Positions 49,320 to 59,757 of a DNA stretch of 64,000 nt are shown piece after piece. The notes under the pieces were generated by a model. That model searched no databases and was not told where the DNA came from. It saw only the letters and a list, made by a program, of their open reading frames with translations. Numbering within the stretch: the stretch's first letter is position 1; the number at the start of each line of letters is the position of its first letter. Position numbers and translations under genes: made by a program. Origin of the DNA: Angustibacter luteus (GTDB lineage: Bacteria; Actinomycetota; Actinomycetes; Actinomycetales; Angustibacteraceae); contig NZ_BAABFP010000002.1 of the NCBI RefSeq assembly GCF_039541115.1, positions 992,001-1,056,000 on the forward strand, written 5' to 3'.

Positions 49320-50873
49320 ATGCCCGTCCGCAGCCCCGTCGCCGTGGTCTCCCTAGCCCTGCTGGCGTCGGTCCTCCTGGGGCTGACCCCGGACCGGGCG
49401 GCGGCCGCCACGACCTGCGCCGCCGGCCCGGACGACGCGACGACCGCCAGCAACCAGGACGTCGACCACGACCTGTCGAGGTACCCCGACCACGTCATCG
49501 GCATCCCGAGGGAGGTGTCGAAGGCGGGGGTGATCGAGCTGCGCTCGACGACCGGGCTGATCCAGCGGCTGACGGAGTCGTCGTTCACCGGCGGCCCCGC
49601 GCGGGTCGCCGGCGACGGCTTCGGGACCTCGGTCGCGTTCGTGGACGCCAATGCGGACCGCTGCGCGGACGTCGCTGTCGGCGCCCCGGGCGCCTCCGCC
49701 GGCCGCGGCGCCGTCGTCGTTGCCCTCGGCTCGACCACCGGCATCCTCGGCACGGGATCGGTGCGGCTGACCGGCCGCACCCCCGGCGAGCACTTCGGCG
49801 CCGTCGTGGTGGCGGTCGGGCAGGACCTGTTCGTCGCGGCACCGGATCGGACGGTGTCCGGACGCGCCCGAGCCGGCGCCGTGGACCACTACCGGGTCGG
49901 CACCGGCGGTGCCCCGACGTTGCTCGAGACGCTGACCGAGGACACCCCTGGCGTACCGGGTGTCTCGGAGGCCGACGACCGGTTCGGCTCGGTGCTGACT
50001 GGGGCCACCCAGGCCAGCGGTGCACCGCAGGCCAACGGTTCCTGGCTCGTGGTGGGCGAGCCGTCCGAGGACAACGGCACCCGGCGCGACGCCGGGTCGG
50101 TCACCGTCCTGTCGTTCAACGACACGACGCACCGGCTGTCCCTCGGCCGGGTGGTCGCGCAAGGCGTGGCCGGCACCCCCGGCGTGAGCGAGACCGGGGA
50201 CACTTTCGGCGCCGCGGTGGCGTTCTGGGGTGACCCCGCGGAGTCGTACCTGGCCATCGGCACGCCGGGCGAGGACGTCGGCTCGCATCGGGACGGCGGG
50301 CAGGTTCAGACCTTTACCGGGATGCTCGGAACCGCCCCCCTGCGGCCGTCCGCCAGCTTCACCCAGGACTCCCCGGAGGTGCCGGGCGCCGTCGAGGCCG
50401 GCGACCAGTTCGGGGCCAGCCTGCAGGCCGGCTGGTTCGCCGTCGCGCAGGGCGGCTGCAGCGGGCACAACGCCATCGACCTGGCCGTCGGCGCTCCCGG
50501 CGAGGACCTCGGGTCCCGCCGGGACGCGGGGACCGTGACCTTCGTCCCGCTGGGCCCGACCCGACCGAGCGAAGCCTGGTGTCGGCATGCCTGGTACCAG
50601 GGCGGTCCCGGGGGCATCTCCGCCACCGCGGAAGCCGGTGACCGCTTCGGTGCGGTCCTCGGGCTCGGCGCCGGCGGCTACCTGCCGGCCCAGCCCTACC
50701 CCCAGGGGCAGCCACCCACGGAGCTGCTGATCTCGGTCCCCGGCGAGGACGTGGGCAGCAAGGTCGATGCGGGCGTGTTCCACACGTTGATCGTCGACCT
50801 CGTGACCGGCATCGACTTCGGCGGAGCGGCCGGGACCGCGTTCGGCAGCGTGTTCGCCGGCTCGGCGAGCTGA
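49320..50873 (+). CDS. secreted FG-GAP (integrin-alpha) repeat protein
   Basis: signal peptide; repeated GD.FG...GAPGED...DAG.V units. Confidence 0.85.
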   Translation: MPVRSPVAVVSLALLASVLLGLTPDRAAAATTCAAGPDDATTASNQDVDHDLSRYPDHVIGIPREVSKAGVIELRSTTGLIQRLTESSFTGGPARVAGDGFGTSVAFVDANADRCADVAVGAPGASAGRGAVVVALGSTTGILGTGSVRLTGRTPGEHFGAVVVAVGQDLFVAAPDRTVSGRARAGAVDHYRVGTGGAPTLLETLTEDTPGVPGVSEADDRFGSVLTGATQASGAPQANGSWLVVGEPSEDNGTRRDAGSVTVLSFNDTTHRLSLGRVVAQGVAGTPGVSETGDTFGAAVAFWGDPAESYLAIGTPGEDVGSHRDGGQVQTFTGMLGTAPLRPSASFTQDSPEVPGAVEAGDQFGASLQAGWFAVAQGGCSGHNAIDLAVGAPGEDLGSRRDAGTVTFVPLGPTRPSEAWCRHAWYQGGPGGISATAEAGDRFGAVLGLGAGGYLPAQPYPQGQPPTELLISVPGEDVGSKVDAGVFHTLIVDLVTGIDFGGAAGTAFGSVFAGSAS

Positions 50874-50887
50874 GAGCCGGGCGTGGG

Positions 50888-52363
50888 TCAGCGCAGCGGC
50901 GACCCGGCCAGCAGACCGACGATCCCTTCGGGCAGTAGCGACAGCGCGATGCAGCCGGCCGCCGCGATGGACAGCGCCATCCGACCCGACATGGGCCCCG
51001 GGCTGGGCGGCTCGGCCAGCTCGGGGCCAGCGGAGAACACCTGCACGGCCCACCGCAGGTAGACGGCCACGCCCAGCACCACGTTCGCCACCGCGGCCGC
51101 GACCAGCCACCAGGCGCCGACGCCGATGACCGGGACCAGCGCGACGACCTTCGCGACCAGCCCGACCACACCCGGCGGCAGCCCGGCCAGGCAGAGCAGC
51201 CCGAAGGTGAGCACGAGTGCCAGCCCGGGCGAGCGCCGCCACATCCCGGCGTAGGCGTCCAGGCGGTGCCCGGCGCCGTCCACTGCGGTGCGCGCGACCC
51301 GGGCGACGACGGCGAACACGGCGAGCGTGCCGGCCACGTAGGCGAACAGGTAGGCCACGGACGCCGCCACCGCCCCCGCCAGCCGGCTCTGCCCGACCGC
51401 TCCGGCCAGCGGCAACAGGACCCAGCCGGCCTGCGCCACGGTGGACCAGGCGAGCAGGCGCACGGCGCGGTCCTGGCGCAGCGCGACCAGGTTGCCGACC
51501 GTCATGGTGAGTGCGGCGACGGCGCCGACCGGGACGGCCCAGTCGGCCGCGCGCTCCGGCGCGCCCAGGGCGAGTACCAGGACGACGGCCGCCAGCCCGG
51601 CCCCCTTCGAGACGGTCGACAGGAACGCAGCCACGGGCAGCGGGGCACCCGCGTAGGTGTCCGGCGTCCAGAGGTGGAACGGCACCAGGGACAGCTTGAA
51701 CGCGGCCCCCGCGACCACCAGCGCGAGCCCGAGGCCGTGCAGCAGCCGCAGATCCCCCAGCCGGTCCGACACCCCGGCTCCCAGCATCAGCGAACCGCTC
51801 GACGCGTACAGCAGGGCCAGCCCGAGGGCGAGCACGCCGAACGAGAGCACGGCCGTGAGCAGCAGCTTCACCCCGGCCTCGGCGCCGCGCCCGTCCCGCC
51901 GCAGGGCCACCAGACCGATGATGGGCAGCGACGCCGTCTCGAAGGCGACCGCGAACGTCGCCAGGTCCCGGGCGCCGGCCAGGGCACAGGCCCCCGCGGT
52001 GGCGGCGAGCAGCAGGAGCAGCAGCTCGGCCCGCGGCAGGGTCGGCTCCTGGTCGTCCGCGAGCGCCAGCAGCAGGCAGATCAGCGCGGACAGCAGGACG
52101 ACGATCTGGATCGCGAACGTGAGCCGGCTGGCCTCGTAGCCGCACGCGCCCGGCGAGGAGCAGAACGTCGCCCGGGTGCCGTTCGCCAACGGCGCCAGGG
52201 AGACGATGGCCACCACCAGGGACAGCACGGCGACCACGTCCAGCACCCGACGTCCTCGCCCGCGCGGCAGGGCGGCGTCCACGGCGAGCACGATGACCGC
52301 GCCCGCCGCGGGAGCCAGCCACGGCAGCAGCGCGGCGACGTCGACGCCGGGGACGCCGCTCAC
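50888..52363 (-). CDS. nuoN: NADH-quinone oxidoreductase subunit N
   Basis: AFET.SL, FKLSLVPFHLWTPDTY.GAP, RLLAWS, LAGLPP. Confidence 0.92.
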   Translation of the reverse strand: MSGVPGVDVAALLPWLAPAAGAVIVLAVDAALPRGRGRRVLDVVAVLSLVVAIVSLAPLANGTRATFCSSPGACGYEASRLTFAIQIVVLLSALICLLLALADDQEPTLPRAELLLLLLAATAGACALAGARDLATFAVAFETASLPIIGLVALRRDGRGAEAGVKLLLTAVLSFGVLALGLALLYASSGSLMLGAGVSDRLGDLRLLHGLGLALVVAGAAFKLSLVPFHLWTPDTYAGAPLPVAAFLSTVSKGAGLAAVVLVLALGAPERAADWAVPVGAVAALTMTVGNLVALRQDRAVRLLAWSTVAQAGWVLLPLAGAVGQSRLAGAVAASVAYLFAYVAGTLAVFAVVARVARTAVDGAGHRLDAYAGMWRRSPGLALVLTFGLLCLAGLPPGVVGLVAKVVALVPVIGVGAWWLVAAAVANVVLGVAVYLRWAVQVFSAGPELAEPPSPGPMSGRMALSIAAAGCIALSLLPEGIVGLLAGSPLR

Positions 52364-53985
52364 ACGGACCCCTTGGCCAGGGCCAGCAGCGCCTGCACCG
52401 CCGGCTCGGTCATCCGCAGCAGCAGCCACGGCACCAGCCCCAGGACCACCGTGACGACCACCAAGGCCGTCCCCACCCAGAGCTCCGCCGCCGTAGCGTC
52501 CGAACGGATCGCACCGATGGCTGCGATCGGTTCGGACGTCGTCGTTGGGGCAGCGGGTGGGGCCACGGGTGGGGCAGCGGGTGGTTCAGCCGGGACGCCG
52601 TGCCAGACCTTCCGCAGGACCCTCAGCAGGTACGCGGCGGCCAGCGCCGTGCCGACGACGGCGAGCACGGCCAGGGTCCGCCAGTAGGTCTCGTTGCCGC
52701 CGGCGGGCCCGGTCCAGGCCCCGTACACGGCGAGCAGCTCGCCCCAGAAGCCGGCCAGGCCGGGCAGCCCCAGGCCGGCGATGCAGCCGAGCGCCAGCAG
52801 CCCGCCGAGGTGCGGGTGGGCGTCGCGCAGGCCGGACCCGACCCGGTCCAGCAACCCGCTGCCGGACCGTTCCTTCAACCCGCCGGCCACCAGGAAGAGC
52901 AGGGCGGTGATCACGCCGTGCGCCACGTTCGCGAACAGCGCGCCCTGCAGCCCCTGCGCCGTCCCGGATGCGATGCCGAGCGCGACGAAACCCATGTGCG
53001 CCACCGACGAGAACGCGACCAGCCGCTTCAGGTCGCGCTCGACCAGGCAGACCAGACCACCCCACAGGATGCCCACCACGCCGAGCGCGCCGAGGTAGGG
53101 CGCGACCGCCGAGAACCCTTGCGGCACAGCCGGGACGACGATCCGCACCATGCCGTAGCTGCCCATCTTGAGCAGCACACCGGCCAGCAGCACCGAGCCC
53201 ACCGTCGGCGCGGCGGTGTGCGCACTAGGCAGCCAGGTGTGCAGCGGCCAGACCGGGACCTTGACCGCCAGCCCGGCGACCAGCAGGGCGGCGACGACCA
53301 CCTGCTCGGGCCGGGTCATCCCGGTGCCGTGCGCGGCGGCCAGCTTCACGAGGTCGCTGGTCCCGCTGTCCAGCGCCAGCAGCAGGATGCCCAGCAGCAT
53401 GACCGCGGACCCGAGCGCGGTGTACAGCACGAAGCGCGCGGCGGCGTCGCGTCGTCCGGCGTCGTCGTGCGGGTCGCCCCACCAGCGGATGATCGCCCAC
53501 ATCGGCACCAGCACGATCTCGAAGGCCACGAAGAACAGGACGACGTCCGCGGCCGTGAAGGTGGCCAGCGCCCCACCTTCGACGGCCAGCAGGGCGACGA
53601 CCAGCGAGCGCCTCGAGCCGGTCGGCGCGCTCTCCCCGCTCGCCACCGCCTCGGGGGTGGGCACCGGCGACTGCAGCGTGGCGTGCACGGTCACGGCCAC
53701 CCCGAGAGCCGCGGTGAGGACGATCAGCGGCCAGCTGATCCCGTCGACGGTGAGGTGCAGCCGGACGCCCAGGGTCGGGATCCACGGCCAGTCGACCTCG
53801 AGCGCCGGTCCCGGCCCCTGCCAGGGACGCGCGGCCAGCATCAGCAGGCTGAACAGCAGCACGACCGCACTGGTGACGATGCCGGTCGCGGCGGCGATCT
53901 GCTCGCCGAGCGCCCGGGGTACGAGCAGCAGTCCGATCGCCACCACCAGGGGCAGTCCGACGACGAGCAGCAGCAGGTCGCTCAT
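52360..53985 (-). CDS. nuoM: NADH-quinone oxidoreductase subunit M
   Basis: FFVAFE..LVP, KVPVWPLHTWLP.AH, LLKMG.YG, KRLVAFSSVAHMG. Confidence 0.93.
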   Translation of the reverse strand: MSDLLLLVVGLPLVVAIGLLLVPRALGEQIAAATGIVTSAVVLLFSLLMLAARPWQGPGPALEVDWPWIPTLGVRLHLTVDGISWPLIVLTAALGVAVTVHATLQSPVPTPEAVASGESAPTGSRRSLVVALLAVEGGALATFTAADVVLFFVAFEIVLVPMWAIIRWWGDPHDDAGRRDAAARFVLYTALGSAVMLLGILLLALDSGTSDLVKLAAAHGTGMTRPEQVVVAALLVAGLAVKVPVWPLHTWLPSAHTAAPTVGSVLLAGVLLKMGSYGMVRIVVPAVPQGFSAVAPYLGALGVVGILWGGLVCLVERDLKRLVAFSSVAHMGFVALGIASGTAQGLQGALFANVAHGVITALLFLVAGGLKERSGSGLLDRVGSGLRDAHPHLGGLLALGCIAGLGLPGLAGFWGELLAVYGAWTGPAGGNETYWRTLAVLAVVGTALAAAYLLRVLRKVWHGVPAEPPAAPPVAPPAAPTTTSEPIAAIGAIRSDATAAELWVGTALVVVTVVLGLVPWLLLRMTEPAVQALLALAKGSV

Positions 53986-55907
53986 CGCAGCCCCACCCCC
54001 ACCACGACGGCCACGACGGTGCCCGCCACCAGCCAGGTCAGGTAGCCGGTGGTGGCGCCGGTCTGCATGCGCCGCAACGCGATCCCGGCCCACCGGCTCG
54101 CAGTCGCGGACCCGCGGACGTAGGCGTCGACGACGTCCCGGTCCCCGGCAGTGACCAGTCGGGCCAGCGCGCGCACGGGCCGCACCACCAGCCGGTCCTG
54201 CGCGGCGTCCAACCCGAACCCGGCGACCAGCACCCGGGTCAGCCGGGCCGGCAGCACGGACGCCGGATCGCCGACCCGCCCGGCCAGCGCGAACGTCGCC
54301 AGCACGCCACCGATCGCCACGACCGCGCCGAGCACGGCCGTGGGGACGCCGAGGTGCACCGTGCCCGGCACGACCGGCCAGAGCAGCAGCAGCCCACCGA
54401 GCACCGTCGGCACGGCGAGCACCAGCAGCGGCACCGTCATCGCCAGCGGCACCGGCGTGACCGCGACGGCTCCGCCTTCGGCCGCCTCGACGGCCTGCTC
54501 GGTCGCGACGGCGGACTCGCTCTCGACCTCCGCCAGGTCCTCGTGGGCCTCGGCGGGCGTGTCGCGGACCACCAGCCACCACGTCCGCGCGCAGTAGGCG
54601 GCCGTGACCAGCGCGGTGACGAGTGCGGTGACCAGCACCAGCACCGCGGCCCACGGCTGACCGCCGTGCACCCCTTCCTCCGCCGCGCCGAGCACGGCCT
54701 CCTTCGACCAGTACCCGGACAGCGGCGGCACCCCGGCAAGCGACGCGAGCCCGAGGCTGAACAGCACTGCTACCAGCGGGGAGCGGCGCCCGGCGCCGGC
54801 CAGGTCCCCCATCGCGGTGCTGTGCACCTGGTGGGCCAGCGCACCGGCGGACAGGAACAGCAGCGCCTTGAAGCCCGCGTGCGAGAGCAGGTGCAGCAGG
54901 GACGGCTCGGGCCCGAGCTCGGGCGTCGTGACGGCCAAGGCAGCAAGCAGGTAGGCGACCTGGCTGATCGTCGACCAGGCGAGCACCCGCTTGAGGTCCG
55001 TCTGCACGCAGGCGATCAGCGCCGAGCCCAGCATCGTGATGGCCGTGACCACTGCGAGCGTGCCGCGCGCGGCCGGAGCGGCGAGCAGCAGCGGCAGCAG
55101 CCGGGCCAGGACGACGCCACCGGCCGCGACCATCGTGGCCGCGTGGATGAGAGCGGAGACCGGGGTCGGGCCCTCCATCGCGTCCGGCAGCCACGTGTGC
55201 AGCGGGAACTGGGCGGACTTGCCGATCACCCCGACCAGGAGCAGCAGCGCGGCCGCGGTCAGGGTGGTGGTGCCGAGCGACTCCAGCGTGCGCGGCCGCA
55301 GCAGGACGCTGATGGACGTCGTCCCGCTGGCGACCCAGAGGACGATGATCCCGAGGACGAACCCGATGTCGCCGACCCGGGTGACCAGGAACGCCTTGAC
55401 CGCGGCCGCCCGGGCGGCCTCGCGCTCGCTCTCGTGCCCCACCAGCAGGTAGGAGCACAGACCCATGACCTCCCAGCCGATGAGCAGCAGGATCAGGTCG
55501 TCGGCCTGCACCACCACGAGCATCGCCGCGGTGAACAGCGAGACGGTCGCGGCGAACGCGCGGTAGCGCGGGTCCTTGGCCTGGTACGCGGTCGAGTAGA
55601 CCTGCACGCAGAGCGCGACCGTGGTGACCATGACGGCGACCAGGGCGCTGAGCCGGTCGGCTCGGACGGCGAGCTCGATCGTCCCCGCACCGGTCGGCAC
55701 GGGTGGCAGCAGCGGGACGTTCACCGCGAAGTGCCCGTTCGCGGTGGCGACCAGCTCCCCCACTGCCGCAACGAGAGCCGCCGCGGTGCCGGCGATCGCG
55801 ACGGTGGCCTGGGCGGCCCGTTCGCGGCGCGGCAGCAGCAGGGTGCAGAGCGCGGCGAACGCGGGCAGCAGGACGACGAGCCGCGCCGCGCCGGCCACGG
55901 CGCTCAC
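53982..55907 (-). CDS. nuoL: NADH-quinone oxidoreductase subunit L
   Basis: GWEVMGLCSY, KSAQFPLHTWLPDAMEGPTPVSALIHAATMV, HAGFKALLFL. Confidence 0.95.
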   Translation of the reverse strand: MSAVAGAARLVVLLPAFAALCTLLLPRRERAAQATVAIAGTAAALVAAVGELVATANGHFAVNVPLLPPVPTGAGTIELAVRADRLSALVAVMVTTVALCVQVYSTAYQAKDPRYRAFAATVSLFTAAMLVVVQADDLILLLIGWEVMGLCSYLLVGHESEREAARAAAVKAFLVTRVGDIGFVLGIIVLWVASGTTSISVLLRPRTLESLGTTTLTAAALLLLVGVIGKSAQFPLHTWLPDAMEGPTPVSALIHAATMVAAGGVVLARLLPLLLAAPAARGTLAVVTAITMLGSALIACVQTDLKRVLAWSTISQVAYLLAALAVTTPELGPEPSLLHLLSHAGFKALLFLSAGALAHQVHSTAMGDLAGAGRRSPLVAVLFSLGLASLAGVPPLSGYWSKEAVLGAAEEGVHGGQPWAAVLVLVTALVTALVTAAYCARTWWLVVRDTPAEAHEDLAEVESESAVATEQAVEAAEGGAVAVTPVPLAMTVPLLVLAVPTVLGGLLLLWPVVPGTVHLGVPTAVLGAVVAIGGVLATFALAGRVGDPASVLPARLTRVLVAGFGLDAAQDRLVVRPVRALARLVTAGDRDVVDAYVRGSATASRWAGIALRRMQTGATTGYLTWLVAGTVVAVVVGVGLR

Positions 55908-56260
55908 CGGGCCTCCACGTCGCCGGTCATCGCACGGTTCTCGGTGAGGTCACGGTTCTCGCCGAGGTCACGGGCCGCCTGCAGGTCGACATCCCCGCGC
56001 CGCCGGAACAGCAGCATCACGGCAGCGAGCGCCACGCCGACCTCGGCGGCTGCGATCGTGATCACGAAGACCGCGAGCGACTGCCCCCCGTGCAGCTCGT
56101 CCCGGTACGCCGCGTCGAAAGTGACCAGCAGCAGGTTCGCCGCGTTCAGGATCAGCTCGAGGCCGATCAGCACCAGCACCGCGTTGCGCCGGGCGAGGAC
56201 GCCGTAGACACCGGTGCCCGCCAGGACAGCGGCCAGCAGCATGGGCAGCGCGAGGTGCAT
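55904..56260 (-). CDS. nuoK: NADH-quinone oxidoreductase subunit K
   Basis: RRNA...ELILNA, GQ, AAAEVGVALA. Confidence 0.93.
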   Translation of the reverse strand: MHLALPMLLAAVLAGTGVYGVLARRNAVLVLIGLELILNAANLLLVTFDAAYRDELHGGQSLAVFVITIAAAEVGVALAAVMLLFRRRGDVDLQAARDLGENRDLTENRAMTGDVEAR

Positions 56261-56769
56261 CAGTGCTCCCGGTCCTCGCGGGACAGCACGAGGGCGCTGA
56301 CCAGCGCGGCGAGGAGCAGCAGCGACAACAGCTCGAACGGCAGCGCCCAGGCGCCGAACAGCGAGCGCGCAAGTGGTTGTGCCGCACCACGTTCGGGGTC
56401 GATGACGACCTCGCGGCCGCGGACGGCGTACACCAGTGCGGTGCCGAGCAGCCCGGTCACGCAGATCCCGGCGACGGCTGCGGCGACGCGCTGCGGCCAG
56501 GGCGCGTCCACCTCGGCGGAACGCCCGATCGGGGCGCGCGTCAGCATCAGCGCGAACAGCACCAGGACGACGACGGCACCGACGTACACCAGCACCTGGA
56601 CGAGGGCGACGACCTCGGCGCCGAGCACCAGGTAGCAGCCGGCGAGAGCGCCCAGCGCGGTGACCAGCCAGAGCGCCGCGTGCACCACCTGGCGGGTGGT
56701 GACCGCGAGGATCCCGGCCGCCGCCGTGAGCAGCCCGAGCAGGCTGAACAGCACGTCGCGGGTCGTCAC
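56260..56769 (-). CDS. nuoJ: NADH-quinone oxidoreductase subunit J
   Basis: [27 protein letters not shown]. Confidence 0.92.
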   Translation of the reverse strand: MTTRDVLFSLLGLLTAAAGILAVTTRQVVHAALWLVTALGALAGCYLVLGAEVVALVQVLVYVGAVVVLVLFALMLTRAPIGRSAEVDAPWPQRVAAAVAGICVTGLLGTALVYAVRGREVVIDPERGAAQPLARSLFGAWALPFELLSLLLLAALVSALVLSREDREH

Positions 56770-57404
56770 GAGTCGTCCCGGGCGGGCTCGCTCGCTGAGT
56801 CGGCCGGCGTCTCGGCCTGCGGGGCGGCCTGCGGGGCGACGGGACGTCGGGGCCGGGCCGGCCGAGTCGCCGCAGCCACCTCCTTGGGCTCTGCTGCACC
56901 AGGGTCGACGGCGGGCGGCGCCGGCACGGTGGCCATCCACTCGCCGAGCCGCTCCTTGCCGTGCAGCAGGTCGCGGATGTCGGTCTCGGCGTACTCGAAC
57001 TCGGGGCTCCAGTGCAGCGCGTCGAACGGGCAGACCTCGATGCAGATGCCGCAGTACATGCAGAGCGAGAAGTCGATGTCGAAGCGTTCCAGCACGTTGC
57101 GCTGCCGCTCCCGGCCACCCTCGGTCGTCGCGGGCAGCGTCTGCTTGCTCGAGTCGATGTAGATGCACCAGTCCGGGCACTCGCGGGCGCACAGCATGCA
57201 GACCGTGCAGTTCTCCTCGAGCAGCGCGATCACGCCGCGGCTGCGCGGCGGCAGGTCGGGGGCGACGTCCGGGTACTCGTGGGTATGGCTCGGGGTGGCC
57301 AGCGTGCGCGCGGTGACCGCCATGCCCTTCAGCAGGCCGGGCAGCGAGCGTCCGCGACGTCCGCCCTCGTCGGGGGCCGGTGCGTCAGGCTCGCGCTCAT
57401 CCAC
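56766..57404 (-). CDS. nuoI: NADH-quinone oxidoreductase subunit I
   Basis: two CxxCxxCxxxCP 4Fe-4S motifs. Confidence 0.93.
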   Translation of the reverse strand: MDEREPDAPAPDEGGRRGRSLPGLLKGMAVTARTLATPSHTHEYPDVAPDLPPRSRGVIALLEENCTVCMLCARECPDWCIYIDSSKQTLPATTEGGRERQRNVLERFDIDFSLCMYCGICIEVCPFDALHWSPEFEYAETDIRDLLHGKERLGEWMATVPAPPAVDPGAAEPKEVAAATRPARPRRPVAPQAAPQAETPADSASEPARDDS

Positions 57405-57431
57405 GGCAGCATCCTGTCAGGCTCATCGGGC

Positions 57432-58391
57432 TCATCCCATCGCCACGACGACGACGGAGGTGATCGCGAGCTGCAGCAGCGCCAGCGGGACCAGCACCTT
57501 CCAGGCCAGCAGCTGCAGCTGGTCCTCACGGAGCCGCGGCCAGGCGACCCGGATCCAGATCACCAGCACGGCCACGACACCGGTCTTGAGCAGTGTCCAC
57601 AGCCAGCCGAGCTGGTCGCTGAACGGTCCCTGCCAGGCGCCCAGGAACAGCACCGCGGTCAGCGCCGACAGGACGACGATCCCGGCGTACTCGCTGAGCA
57701 GGAAGAACGCGAAGCGCAGGCCGGTGTACTCGGTGTACGGCCCGAACACGATCTCGGAGTCGGCCACCGGCATGTCGAACGGCGGTCGGGTGATCTCCGC
57801 GACGCCGCCCACCACGAAGCAGACCAGGGCGGGCAGCTGCCAGATGAGCCACCACGGCTGCCAGGCCTCGCCGATGCCCGTCAGCGACAACGTCCCGGCC
57901 GCCATCGCGACGCTGCTGGCCGCCAGCACGATCGGCAGCTCGTAGGACAGCAGCTGGGCAGCCGTCCGCAGCCCGCCGAGCAGCGCGTACTTGTTCGCGC
58001 TGCTCCAGCCGGCCATCAACGTGCCGAGCACCCCGACCGCGCTGACCGCGAGGACGAAGAGCAGCCCGGCGTCCAGGTCGGCACCGACCACGCCCGGCGC
58101 GAGCGGGATCGCCACCATCGCCACCAGGTACGGCACCAGCGCGATGGCCGGGGCGAGCCGGAAGACCTTGCCGTCCGCGGCCGCCGGGGTGATGTCCTCC
58201 TTCTGCAGGAACTTCACGCCGTCCGCGACGAGCTGGGCCCAGCCGTGGAACCCACCGGCGTACATCGGCCCGAGCCGGCCCTGCATGTGCGCCATCACCT
58301 TGTGCTCGGTCTGCCCGACGAGCAGCGGTAGCACCAGGAACGCGGCCAGCACGCCGACCACCCGCACGAGGGTCTCGACGACCTCACTCAT
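57432..58391 (-). CDS. nuoH: NADH-quinone oxidoreductase subunit H
   Basis: QGRLGP, ADGVK..KED, SYE, RPPFD, TEYTG, PRLR.DQ. Confidence 0.94.
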   Translation of the reverse strand: MSEVVETLVRVVGVLAAFLVLPLLVGQTEHKVMAHMQGRLGPMYAGGFHGWAQLVADGVKFLQKEDITPAAADGKVFRLAPAIALVPYLVAMVAIPLAPGVVGADLDAGLLFVLAVSAVGVLGTLMAGWSSANKYALLGGLRTAAQLLSYELPIVLAASSVAMAAGTLSLTGIGEAWQPWWLIWQLPALVCFVVGGVAEITRPPFDMPVADSEIVFGPYTEYTGLRFAFFLLSEYAGIVVLSALTAVLFLGAWQGPFSDQLGWLWTLLKTGVVAVLVIWIRVAWPRLREDQLQLLAWKVLVPLALLQLAITSVVVVAMG

Positions 58392-58995
58392 CGCGCGGCC
58401 CCCACTGCTGGTCGGGCACGCCCGGGGGGAGCATCTTGCGGCGGGACGGCGAGGTGCCGGCGTCGCTCTCACCCGGCTCCTTCGCGCCGGGCCACGGCTT
58501 GCTGGCCCGCGCGGCCAGCACGAAGGACTTGCGCAGCGGCGTGCCCTCGAAGCCGTCAGGCAGCAGCAGCGGGCGCAGACCGAGATCCGTGCCGTCCTGG
58601 AACCCACTGAAGTCCAGCCCGAACATCTCGTGCGTCTCGCGCTCGTGCCACGCCGCCCCGGGCCACAGGTCGCTCACGCTGGCCAGCGTGGCCGAGTCGG
58701 CTGGCACCCGGGTGCGCAGCAGCAGCCGCGCCACCCCGCCGTCCGGCAACGGGATCGAGCACGCCAGGTGGACGACGACGTCGACCGCGGCGGGGTCGAC
58801 CTCAGGCTCGTCGACGGCGGACAGCCAGTCGAAGAAGTCCAGCCCCAGCTCGTCGCGCGCCCAGCCGAGCGCGTCGTGCCAGCGCTCGACGGGCACGTCG
58901 AGACACACGGTGCCCTGGCCGTCCGCGGAGGCGAGCAGGTCGTCCAGCCCGAGAGCCGCGGCGAGGCGTTCGCCCGCGTCCTGCGGGCTGCTCAC
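58384..58995 (-). CDS. nuoC: NADH-quinone oxidoreductase subunit C
   Basis: [23 protein letters not shown]. Confidence 0.9.
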   Translation of the reverse strand: MSSPQDAGERLAAALGLDDLLASADGQGTVCLDVPVERWHDALGWARDELGLDFFDWLSAVDEPEVDPAAVDVVVHLACSIPLPDGGVARLLLRTRVPADSATLASVSDLWPGAAWHERETHEMFGLDFSGFQDGTDLGLRPLLLPDGFEGTPLRKSFVLAARASKPWPGAKEPGESDAGTSPSRRKMLPPGVPDQQWGPRDE

Positions 58996-59597
58996 GAGCC
59001 GGTTCCGGCGGGCGCCAGCGGACCGCCGTCGTCCGGGCCGACCAGCGGGCGGCTCACCTGCGCGGCGGAGACCGGACGACGTCGCGCCGCGATCGCTGCC
59101 CCGCTGAGCGACTCGCCGGCGATCTTCTCCTGCAGGCGCAGGATGCCGTGCAGCAGGCCCTCCGGCCGGGGCGGGCACCCCGGGACGTACACGTCGACCG
59201 GGATCAGCTGGTCGACACCCTTGGTGACGCAGTACGAGTCCCAGTAGGGGCCGCCGGAGTTGCTGCAGGCACCGAACGAGATGACGTACTTCGGCTCGGG
59301 CATCTGGTCGTAGAGCCGCTTGATCGCGGGGGCCATCTTGTCCGTGACGGTGCCGCTGACCACCATCAGGTCGGCCTGCCGCGGCCCGGGTGCGAACGGG
59401 ATCACGCCGAGCCGGATGAAGTCGTGCCGAGCCATGGACGCCGCGATGAACTCGATCGCGCAGCAGGCCAGGCCGAAGTTGAACACCCACAGGCTGTACC
59501 GGCGGCCCCAGTTCAGCACCAGCCGCAGCGGGCGCGGCGCCGCCTCGGACAGGGGCCCCACGCGCGGCGCAGGCAGGTCGACAGCCACGGCGCTCAC
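58992..59597 (-). CDS. nuoB: NADH-quinone oxidoreductase subunit B
   Basis: [28 protein letters not shown]; start may be leaderless GTG at 59588. Confidence 0.95.
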   Translation of the reverse strand: MSAVAVDLPAPRVGPLSEAAPRPLRLVLNWGRRYSLWVFNFGLACCAIEFIAASMARHDFIRLGVIPFAPGPRQADLMVVSGTVTDKMAPAIKRLYDQMPEPKYVISFGACSNSGGPYWDSYCVTKGVDQLIPVDVYVPGCPPRPEGLLHGILRLQEKIAGESLSGAAIAARRRPVSAAQVSRPLVGPDDGGPLAPAGTGS

Positions 59598-59757
59598 CCT
59601 AGCGCCGCGCCGGGCGCGTCCGCGGTGCCGCACCGATCGGGGCACTTCACCGCAAAGCGTGGACGCATCGTCCGGCATCTGAGACGGTTTCCAGGGGCGT
59701 GAACCCCCGCTCGTACCGTGGTCGCTGCCCCGCCTCGCCACACACCCGGAGTTCCCC

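Noticed and set aside
49353..52322. 989-aa ORF and other long overlapping ORFs (e.g. 9071..11554, 30038..32644, 24577..26376)
   Set aside because: Shadow frames of well-supported genes, with Arg/Gly/Pro-rich or antisense-type composition typical of high-GC DNA.
52360..55458. 1032-aa NuoM fusion
   Set aside because: The N-terminal half is an alternate frame over nuoL; real NuoM starts at ATG 53985, overlapping the nuoL stop.
55933..55973. 18-nt tandem duplication in the nuoK tail (and 12-nt repeat at 20433-20460 in the TetR N-terminus)
   Set aside because: Real but in-frame slippage in disordered termini; no sign of function.
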